Source: Lama glama
Taxonomy: Eukaryota
Length of the DNA: 64,000 nucleotides
Reading direction: 5' to 3'
NCBI GenBank assembly: GCA_028534125.1
Contig: CM052817.1
Span: forward strand, 70,868,001-70,932,000
The number at the start of each line of letters is the position of its first letter. Within the stretch, counting starts at the first letter, position 1. The notes under the pieces were generated by a model. The model saw nothing but the letters and a program-made list of their open reading frames with translations. It searched no databases and had not been told where the DNA came from. Positions 28,466 through 42,630 of the stretch are shown here, piece after piece. Both the position numbers and the translations under genes were made by a program.

Positions 28466-31400
28466 ACTGCTGCCTCAGTGGAAAATAACCAACATCCTTT
28501 TTTGCATTAATTTAGAATACAGTGCTAGTTTTCTTTTTTATTATTATTTTTACTCAAAAACACTTACATGCAAAATTCCTAATAACAGAAATGCAAGGGG
28601 GAAATGTAAATTTAGTGAATGCAAATAAAATAATGTTAGCTGTTAAAGGAAGCTGGGAGAGAAAATGTCAGATTTTATAGTGTACTACATGCTATTTTAT
28701 CTAGCTGAAAATGGTATTATTTCCTCTGGCCTTCTTTTCTCTGTGGCTTTAAATAAGTGGCTATTAAAAAGAATAGTCTTTCCCTCGCTAAAATAAATTA
28801 GGTGAATATAGCTCTTTCACTTGTGTGATGAAACACTCCCAGGAGACCAACTATGTCAACTTCTACCTTGTCTTCACAGTAATGTGAAAATCCCATCTAC
28901 CATCTTGGATTTGGTCTTGTGAGGCCTAAATTTTCAAAGCCTCTGTAATTCATTATATTAAATATTATTGAGTACCAGTTGCATGCCATGAACTATGCAG
29001 AAGAGAAATTTGACCAGCACCTTTCCAGGGAGTTCGTTATATAAAAAACTTCAACCCTGGTCACCATAGTTATTTTTCATACTGATGAGTTACTTTTTAC
29101 TTCAAATTTTAAGATGGAGCTGAGAACCTGCAGAGAAAGTATATAACTTTTACAGTATTCATGCTAAACTTTTTCAAAGAATTGGCAGGGAAAAAAAATC
29201 CCAAATCCTCTCAAAATTCTATCAATGTTTTCATTTTAAACACTTTTTTTCTGGAAATTCTCACTTAACTTAGCATGCAGTGCATTTTTGTAAATTTTTT
29301 AAAAGTTGAGTTAAGAATCCAGAAGTCTCTTTCCAGCTGCATCACAATAAAATAGAGGGGGCTGAAGTTTTTCATTAATGTGTGCAACAGTGCACAAATG
29401 AACCACCACTTTCTATGTGCCATTACTAAAATACATCAAATTGTTACTGCCCTTACATGGCCAAATTTTAAAGCAAGAATATACCTTGGAAGTCATTTAA
29501 TCCAACTCCATTATTCAAAGGATACAGAAAAAAGTTAATTATGAGAGCATTATCTAGGATTAGCCATATAATCATTTTTGTAATATGAATTCATTGATAT
29601 TTGTATTTGTTTCCCAACTCTTCATAAAGCTCTTTAAAAGCAGGGGGTTTTCCATCAAACATATATTGAGCATGTGCTGTGAGGGAGGCACTGTGTAGGC
29701 CAGACGGGCCCAACAACAAATACTTGAGATGGGACGAGGTATTACTATGAGAGTGCTATAGCGAGTCCTCAATAGAGCTTCTACCTTGTCTGGAAGATCT
29801 GGGAGGAGGCATATCATCTAAACAGACATTTGAGCAGGTCTTGAAGGGTGAGCAGGCATATACCAGGCAGAGGAGAATGGAGAACATTCCACTGGATTAC
29901 TTCCTTTGTAACCAGCTCCCCAACCCATCAGCCCACTAAAAGAAGCCATGCTTACCAGAGTCTCAATTTACACAAGAACAAAGATTATTACAGTTGTCCA
30001 AATTACTAAATAGAAGTCTTACAACAAAAGGTAACAAGATTTTTTTTAACTGAAAGTGAACTGACTATATAAGAAATAAATCTCCAGGTTTTTATTAAAC
30101 TAAATGCTAATCACTGAAATTTTAAATTTACCTCAAATTAGCCAAGTGCCACACAGAATCTTATATAGTCGTGTGGAAGAACTAAATTGGCACTGAACTA
30201 CATCAGCAAATTGGGCCACTGAGTGACTATTAATATACAGAAAATTAATGTAACCTTTCCATTTCTTGCTTGCCAGAAGATAATAAAAGGCCAAGGTTTC
30301 AAAATAATGTGTTTTCATATGATTATTACTTCTGAATAGACATAATTAGTTGGTTGAAAGCAATTATGTTTGAGCCAAAGGTTTCCAATATTATCAAAAG
30401 TAGTAAAGGCCATCGTTCCCAGTGCGTCAGCAATCCTACTTACAGGAAATAATTACTCTTTGCATCAGCAGGAGACCCATCCTGGTAATTAGAAAAAGAA
30501 AAGGCTAACACCTCCACCTTGGGCAAGTGGCATTACCTCTGGGCCAGGGTTTTCTTCTATGCAAATTGTGACAGTAATGCCTGTCATATCTGCTGTCGAG
30601 GGTGCTACAGAGATCAAATGACTGTAAAAATAAAGAATTGTTAAAGGACATTTCTTCTTCACATGGCAAAAAGTAGGACTGCCTGACACACAAACCTGAC
30701 TCCTCTTTCCTCTGAATAGCATATACAGTCAGTACCACACACCTTAAAAAATCAATCATGTATTATGTTTCTTTGTATATACATTACAGGATCCCAAATT
30801 TTTCAAAGCATCTTTTATTTTCCTGTCAATCAAATGTTCTATTTATTTTTTTGATTAAAAAAATCTTGTAAATCAAAATTTAATTAAAAATCTGCTGAGA
30901 GCTGAAATTTAAATAATTTAACAGGATTCTAATAAATTAAACAGCTATTCTATTTAGCTTTAGACTGATTTACAGAGGGAGAAATCATTTCCATAGATTA
31001 GTTGACAACTATGGAAAGCAGATTATTATCTTCCATTTAGTGAACACAGAAAGATTCTTTCATCTAACATTTTATATTAATATTGTTGAATATGTGGAAA
31101 ATATGCCAAATCCTAAGGGAGAGAGGAATCACCTAAAGATGCTAAAAATTATCTCAATTTATTTCTGTTAAAATAGTTTAAGAATTCAGAGAAATATATA
31201 ACACTATCTTTTTTTATAGTTAAATTAAGTACTTAAGACTTGAAAATGTAAATAGAAAAATCATATTCTATATATAACTGGAAAATGACTACTAAATTCA
31301 GCAAGTAAAACTGGTACAATAGATATTTAAGTAGGTTGGTACAGTACATATGGTTATAATACTTACAAATTGTCTGGAACCATTATACTGTGTATCTTAC

Positions 31401-34400
31401 ATAATACACAGTAGATTAACTTTATGAAACTTTTCCTCATGTGTTAGCACAGTAAAAACCATTGATTATATTTTACCACAAATAATTGAGACCCAGAGTT
31501 ATTGATTATTGAACTTTCTTTTGATTGTGTTTAAAATACAAAATTAGGTTTTACACAGAAGGGACATGTATCTACAATGGCCCTCTTCATGGAGCCAATG
31601 TTTTACTAAATACCTTTTTGTCACTCTACAAAAGGGCAGGCTTAGCATCCCAACAAAACAGCTGAAAAGACAGTAGCAACGAGTAAATGTCCCCCTGCTG
31701 GGTCTATAAAAAGTGTATGTTCCCATCGTGAAGAAGGCGGGCATGTGGTGTGGTTGGGAAGCAAGGACTGGCGCTATTGTGCATTGTGTACAATCTCAAG
31801 TGGAGAAAATCATCTGTCCTTTTGCCCTGAAAAAGGACCCCTATGAGCCTCTTCTCATGGACCATTATGGTTTCCTTCAACCCTAACACTACACGGGCTT
31901 TGAACGGATGGCTGCCTGTCACAAAAGTTCATCACAAGCCACTTTTCCCCAGAGGTTTCATAGGGTTTAGTCTGAGGTGACCAACCATGGCTTAACAAAA
32001 AGATTAGTGTGTCTGGGCACAAAGCAAGACAGAGATATGAGTGACCCTCTTTGTAACATCTTGCCACACAGAATAGAGAACAGTGAATGTAGTCAACTGT
32101 AGAATATGCAGACGTGTCTGAGGGAGAAGAAAAGAGGATTGGAGAGGTCATCTGTCTTCACTTGGAAACAAGTGCTCTTTAATGCCAAAAGGCATTTTCC
32201 CAGAGTCTTAGTAATTGTTTCTTTTACTCTTTATATAAGAAATATTAATAGAAGTGACAATTTCTCTTCAACTCCAGGCAAAATTAAGAATATAGCACAA
32301 TGTTAGGTTTCTCTCTGTAAACTTTTTTTTAGAAGGCAATCACTTGGTAGAGCTGCAGAACTGTAACAGGCCCTGGGGGTGATCTACTCACCACCCTGAT
32401 GCCAGAGCAGTAAAAGTCTTCCTAGAAAATCTTTGCTAGGAAGTCATGTGAGTGTTTTTCCTTTCTCTCAACTTCCCTCCGCTGGGCAAACACCCACACA
32501 ATGTTCAGTGTTAAGCTCAAAGACAATCTCTTCTACAGTCTTGCCTGGCTCACGCTTCTCCATCTGTACTGCTCTCATAGAACAGATAACATTTCATTGT
32601 GCTTATTACACATGTGTCTCCTTTCACTAGATGGTGAGCTCTCATGGATAAAGATTATGTCATATTATTTTGTACACCTAAGACAGAGTCTGACACATAG
32701 TATGCATTTAATAACTATTCGTACTGTAATTCCTTAACTCTCCCAATGAAGGACAGTCCACCACATCAAAAGGAAGCCATTTTTAAATAATCTTGTTGGA
32801 GGAGGAGGGACACCAAGATTCATTCCCTGTTACCTTCTGCCCAGATTCAAGTTCTGCCCTGCAGGTCTAAGTAGACATGATCCACCACACATCCGATGAC
32901 AACTGCTCCGCTTTCCTCAACATCTCTACCACCATCTTTAGCCCTTGTCTTTTTCAAGCTAAATGTTCCCATTTTCTTCAGCTGTTATTACAGATAAATT
33001 TTAGATGTTTTTCATCCTCATTGCTTTTCTCTAGAACTGCTCTAATTTGTCAGTATTTCCTTTAGAGCTAAACAAAATGCTGTGTGTATGGTTCAAACTG
33101 TGCATCACACAGTAGAACTACCACCTACTTGCTCCAGGCATAGTGCTGTCACTAATGCAGCATTATAGGTCCCCCTTCGCCTTCTCCTTGGTATCCTTCC
33201 ACCCATGCTTCTGAAAGGGATGATTGAAAACTTCAGTGGGATTAGGACCTCTGTTCTCTCAGTGACAATATATTTAACCAAACAGACAGAAAACCCCTGT
33301 GTAAAGTCCATCATCATCCACACATTTGTACTAATTTAGAACTTTCCTTAAAAGCCCAAGTTGCTTCAAGTAATTAGCCTGATTGAAAGACGAGAGGCAG
33401 GAGTAGGGCAAGAGAGGGAGGAGGGGAAATCTTAGTGATTTCTTCAGTTTTGAAACAGAATTTTTTCAAAATTTCTCCTCTCAAAGTACCTAGCAACTAA
33501 CTTGGATTTGTCCTGCATGTAAACATCAGAGCAATGTCCCAAGAAAATCTGCTTTCCTACACTTAAACAACAAATGAGTCTTTACTGAAAATATTAACAC
33601 ATAGATAGATCACAGAGAAATTCCACTCAATAGTAAATACCTTGGAACCATCTTTCACAGAACTTAGATTATATAGCATTTCCATGTATCTGATTCTGCT
33701 TGTACAACCCAATATTTGAGTTTTCTGGCCAAATTAATATACCTTATTATTATGATGTCACACCATGACTTGCATGTAAATATTTTCTCAAAAGTAATAA
33801 TGTGCCATTATTTTAATCAACTTGAATTGAATCAGCACATCAGTTCAGGCCACCTCTCTGCAGCACAGTAATAGAACTTGATCTATGTAATTTCAAACCC
33901 TGTACAATCTGCTAGTCAGACAGCATGCAACTATGGGGCTTATAAATGTACAATGATTATACCATCTATCTAGCATTCATATTTCATATATGTTGAAATG
34001 GTATATTGAAATAAGAAACATTTGGCAGTTTCATCAAAGAAAAAGGCTGGTTGGTTTAAACTATTAATTTTTATTGAATTTAGTCCTGTAATTCCTTGGG
34101 TTTTTTTTTTTATGTTTTTCTTATGAAAGGTATATTTGTACAGCTGAATGGCCATTTACTGGTTCCTGCAGTATTCTGAAGAATTAAATATACTACCAAA
34201 TACATAAGAAATGGATTTCTTATAAAATTTACAATATGCTATACTGAGTACTTAGGTCTGGCTAACTGTGAAAAATTGCTTTCTGTTAATGATGTAGTTA
34301 AAATAAAAATATTTTCCCCATGGAACACCTTTCAGTTTCAATTCTGTTCATGAAGAATTGGTGACCTGGACAAAAGTTTCACCTCCCTTGAAGAACTCTC

Positions 34401-35189
34401 TTGACAAATGGTTTTTCTTAAGAAAGTAAACTAATCCTCCAATTTGTTACAACTGGATTAATATTCAAGTTCAAATTCTGCTTTAATTATATCTGTAAGA
34501 CTTTTGTAGTCAAGGACCAAGAAATGTAGTTGATTTAGTGTTTAGCCATAAGGAATGTAACTTTATGATTTTTTTAAAAATACACCTCTCTCATAATTAG
34601 AAACACACTATGATTTCTTGAAAAGTAAAAAAGTATATAAGAACAAACAACCAATATAAAAGATACTTCATAAAACAAGTTTTCTACAGACCAGCGAGTT
34701 CTGAAAATTCTACAATTAAGGGTACAAACATGAGTAGTCAGCTCTAATAAAGAAATCTCAATCTAACGATTCTAAGGATACTGAAAGATGGGCAGGTTGT
34801 AGCAGCTCACAAAGGGTCTACATCATCATTTGAGGAAGCTAGGGTTCCTAGCATTCATCCACAAACTGATCTGCACCCCTAGTTTCAGAGCAAACATATT
34901 CTCAGAAGCCGTCAGAGCAGAGCCAATGCAAGAACACTTCACTATTTGGTGATAATCCTTTTAATAGCTTGAATAATCACACTGAGATTCAAGTATTTGC
35001 CTTGGTCTTAAACTGGTGCCTTCCATACAAGTGAATGCTAACTCCCTTTAGGACCAAAGAAAACATAAAAATATTAAGCACTTCAACAGGACTGAATAAG
35101 GAAGATGAAAATATGGAGCAAAATTTTCACTATTTCCTTCTCTTCACCAAAGTGCTTTACTATATGTTTAAAAGAGGTTTTAAGATGAG

Positions 35190-36900
35190 AAACAACCCAA
35201 ATGTTCATCCATTAACAGTATTTTTTCAATTACACATCTATTCAGTGGAATTCTATTCAGCTGTTAAAGCAACAAAGGATGATAGTATCACCTATAAAAT
35301 ATTCTTGCCATAAATGTTTAACCTGAATCATATCAATTTTATAGTAAACACTCCCTTTTGGCTCTCCAAGCAGCACTGTGACAGTTGGCAAGAACAGAAG
35401 CCTTATGGAAGGTAGCAAAGAAGGAGCCAAGAAGAAAATGGTTGGTCTGCTTTCTAAGAAAGATTGCTAGGATGTGAAACACTAGCTATGAGAACTATTG
35501 GAAAAACACTAGTCACAAGAACTCAAGGAACCAAAATTGACCTGATGGCCTCAAGGGTCATGTTTTTGAAATGAGCCTTGCTGATATGCAGAATTATAAA
35601 GTTGCATTTAGAAAATTCAAGATAATTACTGAGGATGTTCAGGGGAGAAAAATTGCATGACTAACTTCTGTGGTATGGATCTTACTTATGAAAAATTGTA
35701 CTCTATGGTCAGAAAAATGGCAGACCATGATTGAAGTTTATGTTGATGTCAAGGCTACTGATCATTATTTACTTCACATATTCTGTGTTGTCTTTACTAA
35801 AAGTCTCAAAATCAGAGTCAGAAGATCTCTTATGTTAAGCACCAGTAAGGTCTGCCAAATCGGGAAGAAGATGATGGAAATTGTGACCCAAGAGGTGCAG
35901 ACAAATGACTTAATAAATCGCCAATAAATTGATTCTGGAGAGCACTGCAAAAGGCAAAGAAAAGCCTTCCCAATTTATTTCTCGACTTGTAATGCCTTCT
36001 TTAGAGAAGTTAAAGTGCTGAAGAATGATAAGTTTGAATTGGAAAAACTCATGGAGCTTCATTGTGAAGGTAGTAGTTCTGGAAATGCTCCTGGGAATGA
36101 GGCAGGTGCTAAAGCTGAGTAAGCCAATGGATACAAGCCACGAGTGCAAGGATCTGCTTAAAATTCAGACTTAATGGTGACAAATAAAGTCTTTTTTCTG
36201 GGGAAAAAAGTTTACAGGAAACACAAGAAATAGAGTGAAACAAGTGAAATAACACTATGAAAAAGAAACATAAATTTGGTATGTGGGATATTCTATAGGA
36301 CAACTGGCCTGGTCTCTTCAAAAAGTTTTTTTTTTTTTTAAGTCAGGGAAGAAAATATTCTACCCTAAAAGGAATTAAAGAGGCATAGCAACCAAATGCA
36401 ATGCATAAATCTTAAACTGATTTTAGTTTGGGGGAGAAAAACTTAGCTATAAAAGACATTCTCAATGTGGAACAATGGTCATCATGAAGAAAAAAAACAG
36501 AATTGATCCTAACATACAACAGTAAGGAAATATTTAAAATAATTATAGTACTTTCACTATATATTTGTTAATAACAATAATAATCACAACTACTCTCAAA
36601 ATATAGACTAATATAGTTTAGAATAAATGATATTTTTATAATATAACAGACTGACATGAAAAAACTCAAGATATTTTGACCCCTCCCAAAAAATTGGGGA
36701 AATTTGAATATAATATATGGATATTTGATGACATTAGAAAAGTATTGATTTTCTTAGGTATGATAACACTGTTGTGGTTAGCTTTTTATTCTTAGAACAT
36801 TTATGCTGAAATATTTAGTGGTGAAGTGTCATGATGTCTACAACTCACATTCAAATGGTTCAACAAAACATGCATGCATATGTAGAGATGTAAATGTGCA
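35190..36900 (+). mobile_element. Old L1M (L1MC/ME-like) 3' region hosting the RPS3A retrocopy
   Basis: L1M-type motifs on both sides of the pseudogene (aacaacccaaatgttcatc; ggacaactggcctggtctcttcaaaaa; ttttcttaggtatgataac; gaagtgtcatgatgtctacaact). Confidence 0.65.
35352..36207 (+). pseudogene. RPS3A: Full-length processed pseudogene of 40S ribosomal protein S3a (eS1)
   Basis: Starts with the 5' TOP-like leader tcccttttggctctc. The start codon has decayed to GTG (35378) and is followed by recognisable VGKN...GAKKK...SKKD codons; the ORF-track fragment EKWQTMIEVYVDVKATDHYLLHIFCVVFTK is S3a-like. Intronless, with stops and frameshifts. Stop TAA at 36159-36161, AATAAA at 36183-36188, short A tail, and a degenerate 17-bp TSD (35335-35351 / 36208-36224). 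Confidence 0.95.
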
Positions 36901-37141
36901 GACAGGTAAAGAAAGCACATACAGGAAAAAATCAGACTTAGAATATTAAACAGGAAAAGAAATTAATTCATTGAAACAGTACCAGAAAACATTTTATGAT
37001 ATTTATCTGTAGGAGCTCCACCTTCATCAAAAATGGTGTACAGAAGTGCTTTTCTAAATAAACATAATTAACTATGAATTATAACATACTAGTCACCATT
37101 CACCAGTTTTCAAAAAATAAAACTATATTTTAAACTAAAAC

Positions 37142-37280
37142 TGTTAATTAACTTGATTGTGGTAATCATTTCACAATGCATTCATATATTAAAACGTCAC
37201 ATTATACATCTTAAAAAAAAATCATCGTGCAAGCTAAATGTGTATTTTTTTCCTCAGTCATACCTCAGTAAAGCTGAAAA
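37142..37280 (+). mobile_element. L1MA/MB 3'-end fragment
   Basis: aacttgattgtggtaatcatttcacaatg...tacctcagtaaagctgaaaaa. Confidence 0.7.
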
Positions 37281-37588
37281 ACCTAAAGCTTTCCAAGACA
37301 TTGCTTAATTTTTCTTTTGTTATTAAGTATGAAATCAAGCAACTATAGAGTATAAGGTTGTTATGAATTGAGTTTATGTTATGACCTGAAAATTGCTATC
37401 TTGAACAAATCCCCGACATCAGCTTGCTATGTTTTTAAAATTCCTCTCTTTTCCAAAAACAGTAAAGAAAACCTAGATTGCAAATAAATAAGGTATTTTT
37501 AGAAGTGGGAGGGATGAGAAGAGCAGTTATTTTGACATTTTAGGTGCCTTTTTACTCAAGCAGTAGAAATTCTAACTTTTCAAGGAAG

Positions 37589-38140
37589 TGTTAGATAATT
37601 AGATAAATGGGGACACAGGCAGATGAGATGGAGGAGAGGGAGGATGGTCTGGAAGATGGCGTCATGCCCGCCTCCAGCATAAGGGGACTTTACTTCTTCT
37701 AGATGAGTGTCAGCTAAAAAACAAACAAACAGAGAAAACCGGTTAAAACCCGACAGCCACTACTTCTCGGTAGTGAGAAGGACTCGACCGGACAGGACCC
37801 AGTGCTCAGTGTAGTATAATTAACATTGTTAAACCCTCTCCATGGGTTTTTCTGTATACTCCATGAGTAAGGACATGCACAAAGGGGCCAAACATGACTA
37901 AGCATCCCAGGGGCAAGGGCCATCAGTCAATCAAAAGACCACCTCTAAGCAAGGATATAAGAGAAAGGGAAGACAAAGACCACCGTGATTCCCCCTTGGA
38001 TCAGCCCGCCTCCCGTCCTCGGAGGTGCACTTCTAAATCCTTTAAAGTCTTTTGCTACACAGCGTACTTCGTCTCCCTCCTGTAATCTTATCTTTCAGGT
38101 AAAATAAGGACTGGGGTCTTTTCTTTCCTATTGGGTAACA
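37589..38140 (+). mobile_element. Solo LTR, 552 bp, ERV1 (gammaretrovirus-like) class
   Basis: TGTTA...TAACA inverted termini, 4-bp TSD GAAG (37585-37588 / 38141-38144), TATAA at 37956-37960, and many retained CpGs. Confidence 0.88.
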
Positions 38141-39511
38141 GAAGGACTAACACTCCACATCTCAAGCTGCCTTTAGAATGTTTAAGTGGCCAGATGGTCT
38201 GTTCTGGAAGGCACGTGGATATGAGTTGGTTGTGACCTAAAGGGACAACTTAATGGTGGTTAACAACAAATAATCTACACAAAGCATATTTTTACACACA
38301 GAAAGCTCAATAGCATTCAAGAACAGGAAAAGCCACTTCCAAGTTCTTAATGGTTATGTAATGATTATTAATCTGTTTTTTCCCCAAAATACTGGTTTAA
38401 AAGATTATATCCTGCTAGTTAATAAGGAGCAACACTATAGTAAAGAGAGCTACAGAGGGTGTTTTCTTTTTAAGACTATAGCTGTATTTTGCAGCAATAT
38501 AAGCCCATTTGCTAGTCCCCCTACTAAACTTAATTTTTGAAAACATTTCCCCTCCTTGACAACCCCTAGAACAGGGACTGTTCTTTCGAAGCTAGTCAAA
38601 AGCATTATCATTAATATAATCATGAATTCTCCTCACTGAGTTTACAGAATGTGTCAATATGCCATCTTACAGACAGCAGAAAACCAACCTAATGGGGAAA
38701 CTGAGAAGTCACATAGTTAAATTATATTTTTGCTTCAAGGATGTTTTTTGAAACTAGTTCATGGCTCCTTGAAATCGTGTTTTCATATGAAGACTAAAGT
38801 TCATACTAAGCAATTCTTCAGCTACTCCAAAAATACAGTAGAATGTTGATAGATTTCTGGCTGCATTTTAAATCTCTCTCTCCAGTGAATAAGTGTAGCA
38901 GAAACCAAAGTTTCTGTAAAGTCTTCAGGGCAAAACTTCAAGAACAGCCAAGTGCTTCAGAAATCATTATTATAATCAGAATACTCTTTTGTACTTAGAA
39001 GACTACAATACTTTTTTCCCTCTACAGCACAAAAACTGAACCAGAGTTAAAGAGTGAGAAAATGAACAGACTTTGGAAGGAACCGTGAGAAGATTTCACT
39101 TAACTACAGATTCAAGAACAGTTTAAAATATTTTAAAATATCAATTGCTAATTCCTTATACTATGGTTGTATCACACCCCTTTCAAGAGTTCCCTACCTT
39201 GCCAGTGAAGGTGAGAGGTCAGTACTTTCATTCACTTTCTCATGTGCAATTTGTATGCATCATGGGATGTAGAAATGTTTGTAATATTTGATTCTTTAAT
39301 TCCATTTATAGGTAACTAACAGCAATACACACAAAGACATACACATAGATTATTCACTGTGAAGTTATTTATAAAAGCATTAAAAGTAGGCATAAAAGGC
39401 ATTAAAAAGAGAGAAGTAGTTAAATTATGAAAAATCCATATGAATATCATGCAAAAATTTAACATGGTTTTATAATGAGTGTGTACTACCTTTATAAGAA
39501 ACTATTTTGCA

Positions 39512-39633
39512 GGGGAGGGTATAGGTCAGTGGTAAAGTACATGCTTAGCATGCACAAAGTCCTAGGTTCAATCCCTAGTACCGCTATTAAAAAACAAAAC
39601 TAAATAAATAAATCTAATTACCCCCCCCAAAAA
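39512..39633 (+). mobile_element. tRNA-derived SINE (camelid vic-1-like)
   Basis: GGGGAGGGTATAGgTCAGTGG (A box) ... GGTTCAATCC (B box) ... TAATTACCCCC and A tail. TSD aagaaactatttt at 39496-39508 / 39634-39646. Confidence 0.92.
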
Positions 39634-39929
39634 AAGAAACTATTTTTTCTACCTTTACAAGAAAAAGAATTTAAGTTTGCTGATACAGTTTGATGTCTTG
39701 ACAACATTCATTTAAGCTATATATTATTAAGCTACCTGATTCATACTCTACATAAAAGGCTTTGATATAACTTAAATACTTATTGTTTCTCATTATATCT
39801 AGTTATATTATTTAAGTTCTATTATTGTTATTCTATTCATGGTGGATCATTGAAGAAACAAAGGATGAAGATCATATGTTTAAGAAAATATAAATATTAT
39901 AATGTTTTTAATCAAAATAAGAACAGTTT

Positions 39930-40165
39930 GCACAAACATAGAGAACAAATTTATGGTTACCAGCAGTTAAAGGGGGTGAAAAGGGATAAATTGAAAATTC
40001 GAAAACTGCACCTCTTGCGAGTGATGGAAATGTTAGTTATCTTGATAATGGTAGCAGTGTCAGTGCTGTGTACATCCATCAAAATTCATCAAAGTGTACA
40101 TCTGAAATATGTGCAGTTTACTATACAGGAACCATACCACAATAAAAGTGTTTTAAAAAAAAACC
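39930..40165 (+). mobile_element. L1 3' UTR fragment
   Basis: gatggaaatgttagttatcttgat...aaaattcatcaaagtgtaca...aataaaag followed by an A tail. Confidence 0.7.
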
Positions 40166-41099
40166 TTTTATATATAAGAATAGTCTGAATACCCTGAAAT
40201 ATGTCACAAAGGAAACTAAACAACTTTAACTAAGGAGGATAATTGTATTAATGATGAAAAATATTATATGAAATAAAAGGTATTCAATTTTTCTCCAAAA
40301 AATAAAAGGAGGATCTCTGTGTATAGTTGAATTAGATGCATGCTATCAAGAAGTTCAGCCTTCAGATCAGACTAAGTAGCACCCAAATACTGGTTTTTGT
40401 TTGGCAAAGTGCTTTAAAAAGTAATTTGAACGCTTTTAGGTAGGTCTTACACTCCCTCCTGATGACAGGAGTCTCCAGTTTAGTAAACGTCACACACACA
40501 TTTGTATTTGCTTTCTGGCTTTAGACTTGAGCCCTCCCTGGAGTATCTATCCCCAGTTACACTATATTTTGCCCTCCTTCTTCTCCTCCATCTCCTCCTT
40601 CCTACAAAGTCAGGAACTCTACTTCTACAAGTTGGGAGCCACTTTCCTAATCAACCTTGGACCATTTCAGCTAAAGTTCTGAAAACTTCCAAACTACTTC
40701 TCCATATTTTGCCCTGGTGGAAAACATTTATCAACTCAAAGAACAATTTTCTCTTAGACATATTATTTTACCTAAACAGAAAAAATAGTACCATGACCAT
40801 AATTGTTTAAAACATGATACATTATATTCACCATTTTGAAGATTCACAATGCACAAATCCTACAGTAAATAAATCTGCTTGTATTGGTTTAACCCAGCGC
40901 ACCTCTAACTTGTCTTCAAACTTTCTTCCTCAGAACATTTGTTAACGTGAAAAAGAAATGGTGTTCTAAGGAACACAACTGGACGCATTGCAATAAATAA
41001 AAGACAACTGAGTGGATAGATCACTGGTAGAAAGACAATTCCAAAGGTGCTCGTAAATAAATTAATGGGAACCAAAAGGGAAAGACTGCTGGAAAGCCA

Positions 41100-41955
41100 C
41101 TTGATTCTGTCCTGAGCTCTTGTAAGTTCAGGCATTTCATCACAAAATCAGAAGAAAACAATGTTGGTCACTTCATCAAATTTCCAAATCATATGAAGCC
41201 AAGAAGAGTTGGAAATGTATGGAAAAAATCATGATCCCAACAAATCGTGACAAGGCTGGAGTTGGGTTCTATTAAAATAGATGAAAATTTAGTGAAAGTG
41301 TAAGTGTAAAGTCTTCATTTGCCTCCCTCTCCCCGCCAAAAAACAAAACTGTACAATCCAGAGAGAGGAAACAAGACTTTACAGCTGCATATATGAAAAA
41401 TACTTAGGGGTTTTCATCAGTGTCAGTCAATAGACTTATGGAGCCAGCAAGAAAATTACTGTAATTTTAGGCTGCATTAGTTAGCAGTAGAGAAGAACTA
41501 GAGGAGTTCTCTTCACTGTCCCTCTCATATATGCCCCCCACACCCCATCTGGGGCTTTATTCAAATCAATGTGCAACATGTTAAGAAAGAAGCAGACAAA
41601 CTGTAATGCCTGAATAAGCCAAGGGCATTTATTCCAAAAATAAAAACCTTAGTAAGAAATATAATAGGTGATTTCTAGTATTTGAAGAGTTGTCATGTGA
41701 CAGAGGTATTTATTTTATGACACAGGGCAGGGATGGTGTACAGAATCAAATGGTAGATGCCCAGAAGAAGATGAATTTCAACCTAACAAAAAGAAGCTTT
41801 TTAACAGACCAGTCCAAAGATTGAGTGGTCTATTCAAGAGATCATCATAAGTTAATGACCACAGAGCCAGAATGTCACTGAGGGAATTCAAGTACCAGAA
41901 GCAATGTAAGTCTGGATAACCTTTAAAGACCTTCCCAACACTGAGATTCTAAAAT
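41100..41955 (+). mobile_element. Degenerate CR1/L3 LINE
   Basis: CR1-like motifs (ttaggggtttt, gtaattttaggctgcatta, acagacaaactg) and a 3' end cccaacactgagattcta. Confidence 0.65.
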
Positions 41956-42029
41956 CCTATCAGAGACAGGATTACTACTTGGATACATTACCACGAACAA
42001 CGCAACACACTCTATATGGAATCGGGGAT

Positions 42030-42335
42030 ATCAGTGCCAGCAGGTACTGGAAGCTAACTTGAGAGATCTGATTGTCATTTTTCAGAATTTTGTAAGCCCA
42101 GCATTAAACACAGTCATTGTTTAAATTTCAATTATATAACAGTACAATGAAATAAATTATATCAAAAACAAAGCTAGTAAACACTCAAACTTATTACTTC
42201 CTAATGTCACTTTGTTAAGCTGCAACTGACACTTGTAGAATATTTACACCTTGAAAATCTGCAAATGCTACAAGTCAGGGCTATCAGGGCATGTTTTTTG
42301 AGAGCTGTTGTTCATATTTATCATCGGCATATCAC
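42030..42335 (+). mobile_element. MER63-like hAT DNA transposon relic
   Basis: ttttcagaattttgtaagcc...aataaattatatcaaaaacaaag...ttattacttcctaat resembles MER63. Confidence 0.65.
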
Positions 42336-42630
42336 ATCAATAATAATATTTCGTCAACATGTATGCATTAAGCTCCCGTATATACAGACTGTGTGGAATA
42401 GAAGTATAAAGTCAAAGCAATCTTCCTCGGAAAACAGGAAAATCAGAAATAGGAAGCAATATTTGGACTTTTAAAAGTGATTTGTCTTCTTATTTGAATA
42501 TATTATGGTACATGTATACAATAGAATACAGTCTTTAAAAAGAATGATGTAAATCCATTTGTATTGGGAAGATACACAAGAAACTACTCACAGTAGACTC
42601 CTCTGGGAAGAGATATCGTGTACCACTTTT

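Noticed and set aside
35670..35927. 85-aa ORF with ribosomal-protein similarity
   Set aside because: Frameshifted piece of the RPS3A processed pseudogene, not a functional gene.
39512..39585. tRNA-like sequence with A and B boxes
   Set aside because: It is the head of a SINE, with a tail and TSDs, not a tRNA gene.
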